Shown here one piece after another: positions 17,726 to 26,774 of a stretch of 64,000 nt of DNA (positions are counted from its first letter, which is position 1; each line of letters begins with the position of its first letter). Position numbers and translations under genes: made by a program. The DNA lies in IMG/VR virus record IMGVR_UViG_3300009703_004110, positions 62,001-126,000 of that record. One strand, written 5' to 3'. A model generated the notes under the pieces. The model did not search any database. It was not told the DNA's origin and was given only the letters and a program-made list of their open reading frames with translations.

Positions 17726-18383
17726 TTAAATCTCCTAATAAACTGTAATATTCTCCGATTATAAATCTATTTTTCTTTGTAGCTGTAACGGCCGAATATG
17801 TTGGGTCATATTTACTTAATGGTAAGATTCTAAAATCGAAACTAATTCTAGTTGCCCCTGTTTCATTAACTTTATTTCCATGATTACATTTATTTCCATC
17901 AAAGATTAGGCAGTCACCATACTTCATATTAACAGGGCCGAAATCACCAAGACCAGGTGCGCTTTCTACCCACACTGTATTGGTATCAAACGCATTTGTT
18001 ATTGGTATAATAAAATTGATTTCTCCATCTGGATGTAAATGAAGCGCGTCACTATCATGATGCCAAGTTGAAACAGCCTTGTTATTTGGGAATTGTATTC
18101 TATAAGATGGGAACGATTGATATAGAAAGGACTTCTCTGCTGATAAATTAATTATTACTTCTGATACAAACCTTTCATAAGCTTCTCTAATCTCGTTCCA
18201 TCCGGAATTTAATTTCTCATAGAACTTATTATGTAGAATAGAGTGCGTATCATGTCCAATGCCTTTTACGCCATTCTCCTCCGTGAGCTGAGTATGCAAT
18301 GTAGATAAGTCTGAAACTTGATACAAATCAAGAAGAAGTTCTTGAAACTTGTAAATGTTTGTATCGTATTTTATTATCCTCAT
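17718..18383 (-). CDS. Fe(II)/2OG-type oxygenase, StrG-like
   Basis: WHHDSD, HPDGEINFIIPIT, TNTVWVES, FDGNKCNHGNKVN.TG.TRISFDFR. Confidence 0.65.
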   Translation of the reverse strand: MRIIKYDTNIYKFQELLLDLYQVSDLSTLHTQLTEENGVKGIGHDTHSILHNKFYEKLNSGWNEIREAYERFVSEVIINLSAEKSFLYQSFPSYRIQFPNNKAVSTWHHDSDALHLHPDGEINFIIPITNAFDTNTVWVESAPGLGDFGPVNMKYGDCLIFDGNKCNHGNKVNETGATRISFDFRILPLSKYDPTYSAVTATKKNRFIIGEYYSLLGDLNE

Positions 18384-18391
18384 CTTTCTTC

Positions 18392-19339
18392 CTATATTTG
18401 AAACTCGTGATTCGTTTCTTTTATAAATTCTTTTATTGTATGAAAAGCTAAATCATCAGGGTCTGTAAAGTGCTTTACTTTCTCATAATTCATATGAGCA
18501 TATCTAAGCATTTTATTGTATTTTGCTGGAGATAGTTTTAACAGAATATCTTTGAGCTCATCTATTGTATCAAATATTAAGACTCCTCCTATATCGAAGA
18601 AATCTCCTATACTTGGACATCCTTTGTAAATTGGAATAGTTCCTGTTGCAAAACAATCGAATATTTTCTCAGTCATATTGTAATCTATAAATCCATTCTC
18701 AACCACAAGAGAAAACATATACGGATTAATAGTCGGACCTTTTTCTGGCAAATACGGGCCTACTCCAGAGCCATAATAATCAACAAAATCAATACTTGGT
18801 TCTTTTATAAGCGCATTGTATATAATCCGTCTCTCTTTATGCCCCGGAGCATATTTTTTATTCGAAAACATATAAGATACAAGCTTATTTTTATCATGCA
18901 TAGCTATATTTGAATAGCCAAGGGCAGGGCATGAAGGCATAAAAAATCTAGTATTCTTTGGAAATTTTTCAAGCAGCTCTCTATCGTGTGTTAGGATTAA
19001 ATCGAAACGATGATGTATTCTTTCTATCTCTTCATGCACATGATTAATTAGATACTTAGGCTCTCCTAGCATGGCGACTCTAAATCCGGCCCCATATCCG
19101 TCGATCATCTTATTGTTTATATATTTATCAGTATGGACGGTTATTCCGTCCCAATCCGTCTTGAAAAAAAGATACTGTACATACTTCGGTTTTCTTATTT
19201 CCTTCCCGCCACTATAGCACTCTGACTCAACAATGCTCGCACCTTTGAATCCAGTGTCTATCATATTTATAACATATCTATCTTTGGTACAATACCTTTT
19301 GGTCCATTGCTTTAAAGACCTTAGTTGAACTCGATCCAC
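18392..19339 (-). CDS. GT10 (alpha-1,3-fucosyltransferase-like) glycosyltransferase
   Basis: KLVSYMFSNK; YMFSLVVENG..DYNMTEKIFDCFATGTIPIYKG. Confidence 0.75.
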   Translation of the reverse strand: MDRVQLRSLKQWTKRYCTKDRYVINMIDTGFKGASIVESECYSGGKEIRKPKYVQYLFFKTDWDGITVHTDKYINNKMIDGYGAGFRVAMLGEPKYLINHVHEEIERIHHRFDLILTHDRELLEKFPKNTRFFMPSCPALGYSNIAMHDKNKLVSYMFSNKKYAPGHKERRIIYNALIKEPSIDFVDYYGSGVGPYLPEKGPTINPYMFSLVVENGFIDYNMTEKIFDCFATGTIPIYKGCPSIGDFFDIGGVLIFDTIDELKDILLKLSPAKYNKMLRYAHMNYEKVKHFTDPDDLAFHTIKEFIKETNHEFQI

Positions 19340-20253
19340 TATACGCCCCTAACATTTGGATAGCTTTCTTTAAACCACTTACATGTTTCGGCCAGACCTT
19401 CACTTAGTTTAGTATATTTAAAGTCAGGATATAACTCCAAGAACTTCGTATTATTAGACGGCTTTCTGTGTTGACCTTTCGGCATAGAAATATCCCATTT
19501 GATTTTTCCATCAAATTCCATCTCCTTCATAATATATCCGGCCACCTCTTTGATGCTGTATTCTTTGGTAAATCCAATGTTTACTGGATTTGAGTCTTCG
19601 TAATTATCTAGCAACCATAGCAGGGACCTTGCCGTGTCTTTAGCATAGGTAAATTCTCTGAGTGGCGTTCCATCGCCCCAAAGGATTATCTCGTCCCTTC
19701 CTTCTAATTTTGCCTCATGAATCTTTCTAATCATAGATGGGATTACGTGACTACATACTTTGTCAAAATTATCATTAGCGCCATATAAGTTATTCGGTAT
19801 TGCAACTGTAAAGTTACACCCCCATTCTTTTCTATATGCTAAAGACTGAATATGCAGCATTCTTTTCGCATAGGCATATCCAAAGTTTGACTCATGTGGA
19901 GGTCCCTCATGAACACTAGTTTCTGTTAAAGGATACGATGCAGCATCCGGATAAATACAGGTGCTCAGAAGTGACAAAACCTTCTCTACTTTTGTTATTC
20001 TAGCTGCTTCCAAAAGATTTGTGTTCATCAAAATGTTATCTCGAAAGAAGGTTCCGACATAATCCATGTTGCCTTTAACGCCACCAACTCTAGCTGCTAA
20101 GTGAATTATTCTTTCGACTTGATTTTCTTCAATCATGGCTACACATTGCTCGAAGCTTGTTAGGTCATAGTCAGATGACCCTACCCTTAAAACATCATAA
20201 TCACCAAAAGCGTATCCCACCATTCCTGTTCCGCCAGTAATAAGAGTTGTCAT
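19339..20253 (-). CDS. fcl: GDP-4-keto-6-deoxymannose epimerase/reductase (Fcl/WcaG; could be ColC)
   Basis: ITGGTGMVG, HLAARVGG, LSTCIYP, YAYAKR, PNNLYG.NDNF, HVIP.MIRK, WGDG.PLREF. Confidence 0.85.
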   Translation of the reverse strand: MTTLITGGTGMVGYAFGDYDVLRVGSSDYDLTSFEQCVAMIEENQVERIIHLAARVGGVKGNMDYVGTFFRDNILMNTNLLEAARITKVEKVLSLLSTCIYPDAASYPLTETSVHEGPPHESNFGYAYAKRMLHIQSLAYRKEWGCNFTVAIPNNLYGANDNFDKVCSHVIPSMIRKIHEAKLEGRDEIILWGDGTPLREFTYAKDTARSLLWLLDNYEDSNPVNIGFTKEYSIKEVAGYIMKEMEFDGKIKWDISMPKGQHRKPSNNTKFLELYPDFKYTKLSEGLAETCKWFKESYPNVRGV

Positions 20254-20254
20254 T

Positions 20255-21418
20255 TTATTCTCCCAAGGTAACTTGGTTTATGATTTCAGACACCATAAAT
20301 ACATCCGCATCAGTTAATGCGTGATGATTTGGAATATAAAATCCATAATCATTTATCAAGTCACAGTTTTTAAGTTCGTTAATTCCGTATTTTTTAATCC
20401 AAAATGGACTTCTACCTATTGAACCAGCAATTAATGGCCTTACTTCTATATTATTGCTTCTTAAGGCAGAAACAATTTTATTTCTCTTTTTAGAGACAAC
20501 CGGATATGCAAAATTAGATACAAAATCACCTGGACGCTCTAACGTCGATAAAAGATTTCCTTTTATTAATCTATTATAAACATAAAAATTACGCCTTCTT
20601 TGTGATTTATATTCAAAAATTTTATCTAGCTGTCTAAGCCCAAGAAAAGCCTGAAGATCTGTTGGTCTCAGATTAAATCCTGGGTAATAAAAAGTATATA
20701 GGCAGTCAAAATCATTAATGCCCCATTCTCCCCTTAGCCTCTGCTGAGTCTCAGTTGATAAATTTCTATCCCATCCATGACTTCTTAGGGAGACCAATAT
20801 TTCATACAGCTCTTCATCATCCGTAGAGATCATCCCGCCTTCAATTGTGCTTATGTGATGGCCATAAAATAATGAGAAAATTGACACCTTTCCGTACGTT
20901 CCCAACTGTACTCCCTGATACTCTGCACCAGTACTCTCTGCCACATCTTCTATCAGGACAACATCATACTCTTTACAAAGCGCCTGGATCTTTTCCATTT
21001 CCGGTACAAGACCTAATACAGAAACCAATATCATTCCTGCCGGCTCATGCTCTATAAATAATTGCTCAAGATGCTCTAAATCTACAGATAGATCTGATAA
21101 ATTGCAATCACATAATATCGGCTCTAATCCTATTTGCATACAACTACTGACATCCGTAACCCATCCAAGACCAGGTACAACTATCTTTTTATTTTTAAAG
21201 TATCCGCCCTCTAGTAGTCCATATAAGCTAAGAAGTATAGCAGAAGAGCCTGAGTTTACAAATACACTATGCTTTACACCTAGTAGTTCAGACCACTTGG
21301 CCTCAAACTCTTCAGTTAACTTATGCATAGTCAAACGAGGAACGGGATCTTGCAATAGCCATGCAGCAAGAGCGTTCGTATCTTCTCGGCTTATTGTATC
21401 GCTTGCAAGTTTAATCAT
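20255..21418 (-). CDS. colD: GDP-4-keto-6-deoxy-D-mannose 3-dehydratase-like PLP enzyme (ColD type)
   Basis: 387 aa; His replaces the Schiff-base Lys in FSLFYGHHISTIEGG; also EDVAESTGA, TDDEELYEILVSLRSHGWDRNL, PGFNLRP, as I recall the ColD/WbdK pattern. Confidence 0.75.
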   Translation of the reverse strand: MIKLASDTISREDTNALAAWLLQDPVPRLTMHKLTEEFEAKWSELLGVKHSVFVNSGSSAILLSLYGLLEGGYFKNKKIVVPGLGWVTDVSSCMQIGLEPILCDCNLSDLSVDLEHLEQLFIEHEPAGMILVSVLGLVPEMEKIQALCKEYDVVLIEDVAESTGAEYQGVQLGTYGKVSIFSLFYGHHISTIEGGMISTDDEELYEILVSLRSHGWDRNLSTETQQRLRGEWGINDFDCLYTFYYPGFNLRPTDLQAFLGLRQLDKIFEYKSQRRRNFYVYNRLIKGNLLSTLERPGDFVSNFAYPVVSKKRNKIVSALRSNNIEVRPLIAGSIGRSPFWIKKYGINELKNCDLINDYGFYIPNHHALTDADVFMVSEIINQVTLGE

Positions 21419-21428
21419 TCAAACTCCT

Positions 21429-22136
21429 TTAAATCCATTTAAAAACATAGTCAAACTCTACGTTTCCAACACATGTTGCGCCCAAATTCTCCAGAAATTT
21501 TCCAGAAGCAAAAGGCTCTTGCTTTATTTTACGCGCCCTTAACTTTTCTTCTGGCAATTGTTCTATCACAATTACTGGCTTACTTATTTTAATAGTTTTT
21601 ATTGCTCCATGTAATACGTCAAGCTCATATCCATCTACATCGATTTTTATATAATCAACATTTCTAAGCTTAAAATGATCTAGTGGCAGAATCGGCATTC
21701 TTCCCTCTAAAATATCTCCACTGTACTTGATTGTTTTGGTAATAGAGTTACCTTGCATTGAGCCTATAAAACCATAATGTGCGCCTAAGCCACATGGATA
21801 TATTGTCACATTCGAAGTATCTACATTTTTTGCCAATAATGGCAGCCACTTCCATCTTGGTTCAAATGCAAAGACATGATCAAATTCTTGTCCAAGGTGT
21901 CTGCACCACTCTCCAAATCTGGCTCCAATGTCCAGCGCTATTCCTCTGCCTTCACAATGATCCAGACTAAGCTGCCTTTGCTTTATTTGACCGGGACCCC
22001 TACAGACGTCTGCCTTAATATTCGTCTTTTTAAGATAGGCCGATTGCTTGTAAAGATCTTGCTTGGTGATGATCTGATCTCTCATATAAGTATAAGATCC
22101 GAGATCTTCTATCGTATAGGGATTCACATTAAACAT
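21429..22136 (-). CDS. FkbM-family methyltransferase
   Basis: ALDIGARFGEW, VFAFEP, LDHFKL.NVDYIKIDVDGYE..VLHGA. Confidence 0.8.
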   Translation of the reverse strand: MFNVNPYTIEDLGSYTYMRDQIITKQDLYKQSAYLKKTNIKADVCRGPGQIKQRQLSLDHCEGRGIALDIGARFGEWCRHLGQEFDHVFAFEPRWKWLPLLAKNVDTSNVTIYPCGLGAHYGFIGSMQGNSITKTIKYSGDILEGRMPILPLDHFKLRNVDYIKIDVDGYELDVLHGAIKTIKISKPVIVIEQLPEEKLRARKIKQEPFASGKFLENLGATCVGNVEFDYVFKWI

Positions 22137-22909
22137 TATTGTAATTGACCTCTTATCTTGAGAGCTTGTACCAAGATACCTTCTAGTCTATCAAGCTGCA
22201 ATTGTGTTGCTGAATCACTGCCTGCTGAAGCCGGATCTGGATGTGTTTCGATAAACAATCCATCAACTCCAACTGCTACTGCCGCATTAACCATTGTGCC
22301 TATCATAGTCGGATCACCACCAGTTACGCCATGCGTCTGATTAGGCATCTGAAGGCAATGAGTGCAATCCATAATTACTGGAGCAAACTTTTGCATCCTT
22401 GGGATAGAAGTAAAGTCTACGATTAAATTGCTATACCCAAATGTCGTTCCTCGTTCAGTCAAGAAGACTTGTTCATTTCCAGTAGAACGTACCTTTTCTG
22501 CTGCAAATCCCATCATTTCTGGAGAGACAAATTGACCCTTCTTTACGTTGACCGGAAGGCCCGTCTCTCCTGCCGCAATTAACAGGGCGGTCTGCCTACA
22601 TAGAAAGGCCGGGATTTGAAGGTGGGTCACGTACGGAGCTACTAGGGCTGCTTCATGACTCTCGTGTATGTCTGTGATTACAGGCACATCATATGTATCA
22701 CGAATTTCTTTCAAAATGCCCAGCGCCTCTTGTTGATCGATTCCCGTAAATGAAGTTAGTCGCGTACGATTCGCCTTCGCCCATGATGCCTTAAAGATAT
22801 AATCTATCCCAAGCCTATCCGTCATCTCCTTAACTGCCTCAACAACTTGAAACGGTGTTTTTCTGTTTTCAATTGCGCAAGGTCCGGCCATCAATATTAA
22901 CTTCTTCAT
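22136..22909 (-). CDS. kdsA: Kdo-8-phosphate synthase
   Basis: AGPCAIE, FKASWAKANRT, TDIHE, QIPAFLCRQT, VNVKKGQF, ERGTTFGY, DCTH, FIETHPDP..A.SD. Confidence 0.95.
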   Translation of the reverse strand: MKKLILMAGPCAIENRKTPFQVVEAVKEMTDRLGIDYIFKASWAKANRTRLTSFTGIDQQEALGILKEIRDTYDVPVITDIHESHEAALVAPYVTHLQIPAFLCRQTALLIAAGETGLPVNVKKGQFVSPEMMGFAAEKVRSTGNEQVFLTERGTTFGYSNLIVDFTSIPRMQKFAPVIMDCTHCLQMPNQTHGVTGGDPTMIGTMVNAAVAVGVDGLFIETHPDPASAGSDSATQLQLDRLEGILVQALKIRGQLQ

Positions 22910-23574
22910 TTGTCTCTCCTGGCAAGTAATGCCTCAATTATTATTAGGTCATCTGGCACATCAACTTGAAAGCTTTCGGATGGGTACATTTCATAAACCC
23001 CTACTTTTCCAGATACGCGAACTTTATTTTTAAGCAATAGCTCTTTGGATGTAATATAGAATGCGCCATTTTCTTGGCAGCTTAAAGAAACTATTACATC
23101 TTGTCGTCTCGGCCTGTTATCTAGGGTCCATCCGTCCGGAGCCCATCCGTCCTCACTTATTTCCCATTGCGCAGGCCAATGCATTTTTGTGCCAGAGAAT
23201 ATAGAGTCTAACTTTGCATCTTTTAAAACTCTGAGTCCTTCGTTAATATCTTTTGAACGTAAAAGCGGAGATGTAGGTTGTATAAAAACTAGCTTATCAA
23301 AATCTATATTCTCTGCAAAATGAAGTAATGCACTTTCTGATGTAGACGTATCTTTTGCTAATTTTGGTGGCCTCATCAATACCATGGCCCCCCATGCTTC
23401 TGCCACCATAGCTATCTCTTCATCATCAGTACTTACCCAAGTTTCATCTACGTTTGACATAATTGCCGCTTCAATAGTGTAAGCTAACATGGGCTTGCCT
23501 CTAAGCTTCATTATATTTTTTCCAGGGATGCCTTTGCTCCCTCCTCTTGCCAAAATTACTGCTACAGTTTTCAT
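22906..23574 (-). CDS. neuA: CMP-N-acylneuraminate (nonulosonate) cytidylyltransferase
   Basis: ILARGGSKGIPGKNI, VSTDD, RP..LA.D, QPTSPL, RPRRQD, ENGAFY, VD.PDD. Confidence 0.9.
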   Translation of the reverse strand: MKTVAVILARGGSKGIPGKNIMKLRGKPMLAYTIEAAIMSNVDETWVSTDDEEIAMVAEAWGAMVLMRPPKLAKDTSTSESALLHFAENIDFDKLVFIQPTSPLLRSKDINEGLRVLKDAKLDSIFSGTKMHWPAQWEISEDGWAPDGWTLDNRPRRQDVIVSLSCQENGAFYITSKELLLKNKVRVSGKVGVYEMYPSESFQVDVPDDLIIIEALLARRDK

Positions 23575-24428
23575 ACACCACCTCTAAATTTAATTCGTTG
23601 CTCTATCTCTACGTCTAAGATTTCTTTATCTTTATATCTCAAGGCCTGCTCCATTCCTTTGACGTCGCGAACCAACTTTCGTAGGCCATCAGGCTCTAGA
23701 GATGCCGCATGATCTGTACCTTTCCACGTTCTATCCATAGTAAAGTGCCTTTCTATATATTCCGCTCCGAGAGCAACAGCCCCCATATCCATTGCGATTC
23801 CAAGATGATGACCAGAGAACCCAACGCCCTTTACTGTCTTACCCCAAATGTCTTTTAGCCTCTTAATTTCTAGCAGGCATAAGTCGCCATGAGATACTGG
23901 GTATCCAGAGGTGCAACTGTAAATAACCAAATCCTTGGCCCTGTCTTCATCTACAAATAATTTTAGCAGGGTCTTCTCTTCCGCCTTTGTTGTCATTCCA
24001 AGAGACAAATGAATCTCTCCTTCGTAATTTTCAATAAGCCAGCTTATCATGTCATACTTATTATTCATTGGCGATGGAATTTTAATCTTTTTAGGCTTTA
24101 GTGAGGCAATCTCCTGCGCAGAGGTCATATCCCATACTGAACAAGAATATTCAATATTGTGCTTCTCGCAGTAGGCCAGAAGCTCCTTATGGTCTTCAAG
24201 GCTTAGCTCTAAGAAATCTCTATGTGCGCCGTATGACGGACCATACGAATTCCACGGAGAAGGGTGTGGAGCGTGATATTCTTCATCTGTAAGCAGCTCC
24301 TTGACTGTTCTCTTTTGAAGCTTAACTACGTTTACTCCGGCATAATATTTTGCTTGATAAATAAGCTTCTTGGCTATTTCAAGTTGACCTTTATGGTTAC
24401 AACCTATTTCTGCTATAACTTGAACCAT
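23571..24428 (-). CDS. neuB: NeuB-family nonulosonate synthase lacking the C-terminal antifreeze/SAF domain
   Basis: IAEIGCNHKG, VKLQKR, KIPS, SLGMT, CTSGYP, GFSGHH, IERHFT.DR...GTDH.ASLEP; 285 aa. Confidence 0.9.
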   Translation of the reverse strand: MVQVIAEIGCNHKGQLEIAKKLIYQAKYYAGVNVVKLQKRTVKELLTDEEYHAPHPSPWNSYGPSYGAHRDFLELSLEDHKELLAYCEKHNIEYSCSVWDMTSAQEIASLKPKKIKIPSPMNNKYDMISWLIENYEGEIHLSLGMTTKAEEKTLLKLFVDEDRAKDLVIYSCTSGYPVSHGDLCLLEIKRLKDIWGKTVKGVGFSGHHLGIAMDMGAVALGAEYIERHFTMDRTWKGTDHAASLEPDGLRKLVRDVKGMEQALRYKDKEILDVEIEQRIKFRGGV

Positions 24429-24751
24429 TAGTCCTCCATTTTCTCAATACGCTTAAGAAGATCGTCTTCTCGTCCATCTGTCCAATGAAATCCACGATCG
24501 TCTACAAATAGATGTACAGATATCTTGTTTAAAACAAGGCCATGATATTTCGCTCCTGCTTCTTCCAACACTTCAGTCGTGTACTTAAAGTGCTTAAAAT
24601 GTCTCGCAGAGAAGAAGTAAATCTCATGCCCCTCGTCATAAAGCTTATTAACTAGCTCAATCATATGAGGCTTTGGAAAGGAATCTCTATAGTCATTGGC
24701 AGGATTACCTTGGGTAAATACAGTGTCATCTAAATCAAATGCTATCTTCAT
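24428..24751 (-). CDS. Small HAD-superfamily phosphatase
   Basis: FDLDDTV (DxDxT), FSAR, K, VDD motifs in 107 aa. Confidence 0.75.
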   Translation of the reverse strand: MKIAFDLDDTVFTQGNPANDYRDSFPKPHMIELVNKLYDEGHEIYFFSARHFKHFKYTTEVLEEAGAKYHGLVLNKISVHLFVDDRGFHWTDGREDDLLKRIEKMED

Positions 24752-25767
24752 GAGTTGCCCCTAATGTGAGCCAGTATAGCTTTACTAGCTGTAGTTTTTT
24801 CAGTGTACCTTTTGAGATTCTGACCTAAAAATCTATGATATGTAGGATCTTCTTTTAAGTACCTCTCAAGGCTTTGTACCTTACCTTTAAATATAAATAT
24901 ATCCTCACGGTATCGGTGAGAATAAACTTTTGCTGCGGCACTAAAATGATTGCCGTAAGTGCCGACAATTTTTTTGTCAAGGAGCGCTGGAAGTAACATG
25001 GCTGAGGACGGTAGGGTAAATAAAAAGATTTCAGATTTTGCGGCTATCTCCGCCTCGCTCCATGAATTAACTAAGGTATATTCTCCAAGTTTATGTTTTT
25101 TAAAAGCCTTTCGTATTAATTTTGGAGATCGCGAATGCTCTCTTAAATAGACCTTTACTCCGGTTTTGTCTGCCAAATCTTTAGATAATATTGCAGTCAT
25201 TTCTGCAACCTTTTCATCTTCCATTCTATGGCTAGTATCAAAAATAACTATATTCTTCTCAGGCTTGTGAATATTTACCTGCTCTAACATGTCTTCTATT
25301 CTTGGAGAACCAATGGCTGTCATCTTTTCTCCGCATCCAACTTTAGACATTATAGAGAGAGTTTCCTTACCGTATGCAAAAAAGGCTTTGGCGCCCATTA
25401 GGTTTGCCCTGTATAAATGGCTTTTCTTTCCGTTTGACTCAGTATATCTAAACATCGGCGGCGCATGATCCACGATATAGAATGGAATTTTTTTATTTAC
25501 CGCATGTTGGGCTGCCAGTCTATCTCCGTACCACCAAGGCTGCACTAGGATAACCGCATCAGGTTTTAATTTGTTAGTCAGGAAATCTCGCATCGGCGTA
25601 TCTGACAGACTCGTGTAGGGTGACTCTTTGAATTTTTTTGGATTATCCGTCATTTCATAAGAAAAGGAGCCGTACACTTCGTCGCCAGACTCCATAGCCT
25701 CTCTAACTAATGGTCTTAAATTATCTGCATAATAATCATATGGAGAGCTATAAAACAGTAATTTCAT
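24748..25767 (-). CDS. GT-B fold transferase (CDP-glycerophosphotransferase / epimerase-like fold); candidate acidic-sugar transferase
   Basis: AIGSPRI, REHSRS, SSAMLLPALLDK; directly upstream of the HAD-neuB-neuA-kdsA run. Confidence 0.4.
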   Translation of the reverse strand: MKLLFYSSPYDYYADNLRPLVREAMESGDEVYGSFSYEMTDNPKKFKESPYTSLSDTPMRDFLTNKLKPDAVILVQPWWYGDRLAAQHAVNKKIPFYIVDHAPPMFRYTESNGKKSHLYRANLMGAKAFFAYGKETLSIMSKVGCGEKMTAIGSPRIEDMLEQVNIHKPEKNIVIFDTSHRMEDEKVAEMTAILSKDLADKTGVKVYLREHSRSPKLIRKAFKKHKLGEYTLVNSWSEAEIAAKSEIFLFTLPSSAMLLPALLDKKIVGTYGNHFSAAAKVYSHRYREDIFIFKGKVQSLERYLKEDPTYHRFLGQNLKRYTEKTTASKAILAHIRGNS

Positions 25768-26774
25768 ATATATCTCCTAATTAATCCAGTGAATTCTTTT
25801 GCCCTTCTATCATGATTATGCTTTGCCATGACATACTTATGTGCTGTATGTATCTTATCTCTTAGTAAATCCGGATTTCTGACGTGATAATATATCTCTC
25901 GATGCATACGCTTTAAATCACCACGATCCTTGCTGTATGGAATAAAGGTCCCCTCTGGCAAGATTTCTGAGCCATTGGTTGGGACTCCTACCAACATTGA
26001 ATAGCTAGCCGGTATTTGAAAGTATTTTGCCGTCATGAAGTTGCAAGTTCCGCCACAAGCTAATCCGAACTGATTGGCCGTATAAAACCTTACAAATTTT
26101 TCTCCGGTTAATATCTCCCTTCTAAATTTTCTTCTATTTGTAATCTTGGAAACTTGAAGCATCTTTCTTTTTTCCAGAAAATCCATCGCCGCAATACGAT
26201 GCGCATACAACTCCTTAGATGAGTTATGAGCTGCACCAAGAAATCCAACCTTAAAGTTCTTAGCCTTAACATCCTTTATTATGTTATTTTTATACAGCTT
26301 GCGATCTATAGAGAACGGCAGCCAATGGCCATCTATTTCTAATGGATTCTCTAATGCAATTTTGTGTCTGAAAAATGCTGCGGTATATCCCAAATCTTTA
26401 AACCAGTCTGCTTGACTCTGCCTAAATCCGGAGCGGCAATAATCTGTTGTTACATGAAACTTCGGAATGCTAGTTTTTGATAAAAAATCCTCGACCCACT
26501 GATATCTATGTACATTATCTAAGCCTATTTCGTAACTAGAGCCATTGCAGTTATATGTCAATATAATATCTGGCTTCATTCTGGACGCTATATGGTCAAG
26601 TTCCTTCGTAACTGCCGCCCTATTTGGATTTGTTGACTTCGGAAGATATTTATGCATATATCTGCCATAGCCCATAATGCGATGTATATTGTTCTTGTGC
26701 ATATGAGATATAAAATCTATATGCAAATCGGCATTATGTCCGTAATCCCTGTTGTCAATATACAGTATCTTCAT
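25764..26774 (-). CDS. CgeB / Glyco_trans_1_2-like glycosyltransferase
   Basis: WLPFSID..LY, VGFLG..H..Y..R, AKYFQIPASYSMLV, NHD.RAKE. Confidence 0.6.
   Translation of the reverse strand: MKILYIDNRDYGHNADLHIDFISHMHKNNIHRIMGYGRYMHKYLPKSTNPNRAAVTKELDHIASRMKPDIILTYNCNGSSYEIGLDNVHRYQWVEDFLSKTSIPKFHVTTDYCRSGFRQSQADWFKDLGYTAAFFRHKIALENPLEIDGHWLPFSIDRKLYKNNIIKDVKAKNFKVGFLGAAHNSSKELYAHRIAAMDFLEKRKMLQVSKITNRRKFRREILTGEKFVRFYTANQFGLACGGTCNFMTAKYFQIPASYSMLVGVPTNGSEILPEGTFIPYSKDRGDLKRMHREIYYHVRNPDLLRDKIHTAHKYVMAKHNHDRRAKEFTGLIRRYI

Noticed and set aside
14741-18383. TET/JBP-type DNA hypermodification cluster
   Set aside because: The oxygenases look PhyH- and StrG-like, and no thymidylate-synthase-like or nucleotide-kinase genes are in the window; kept only as an alternative hypothesis.
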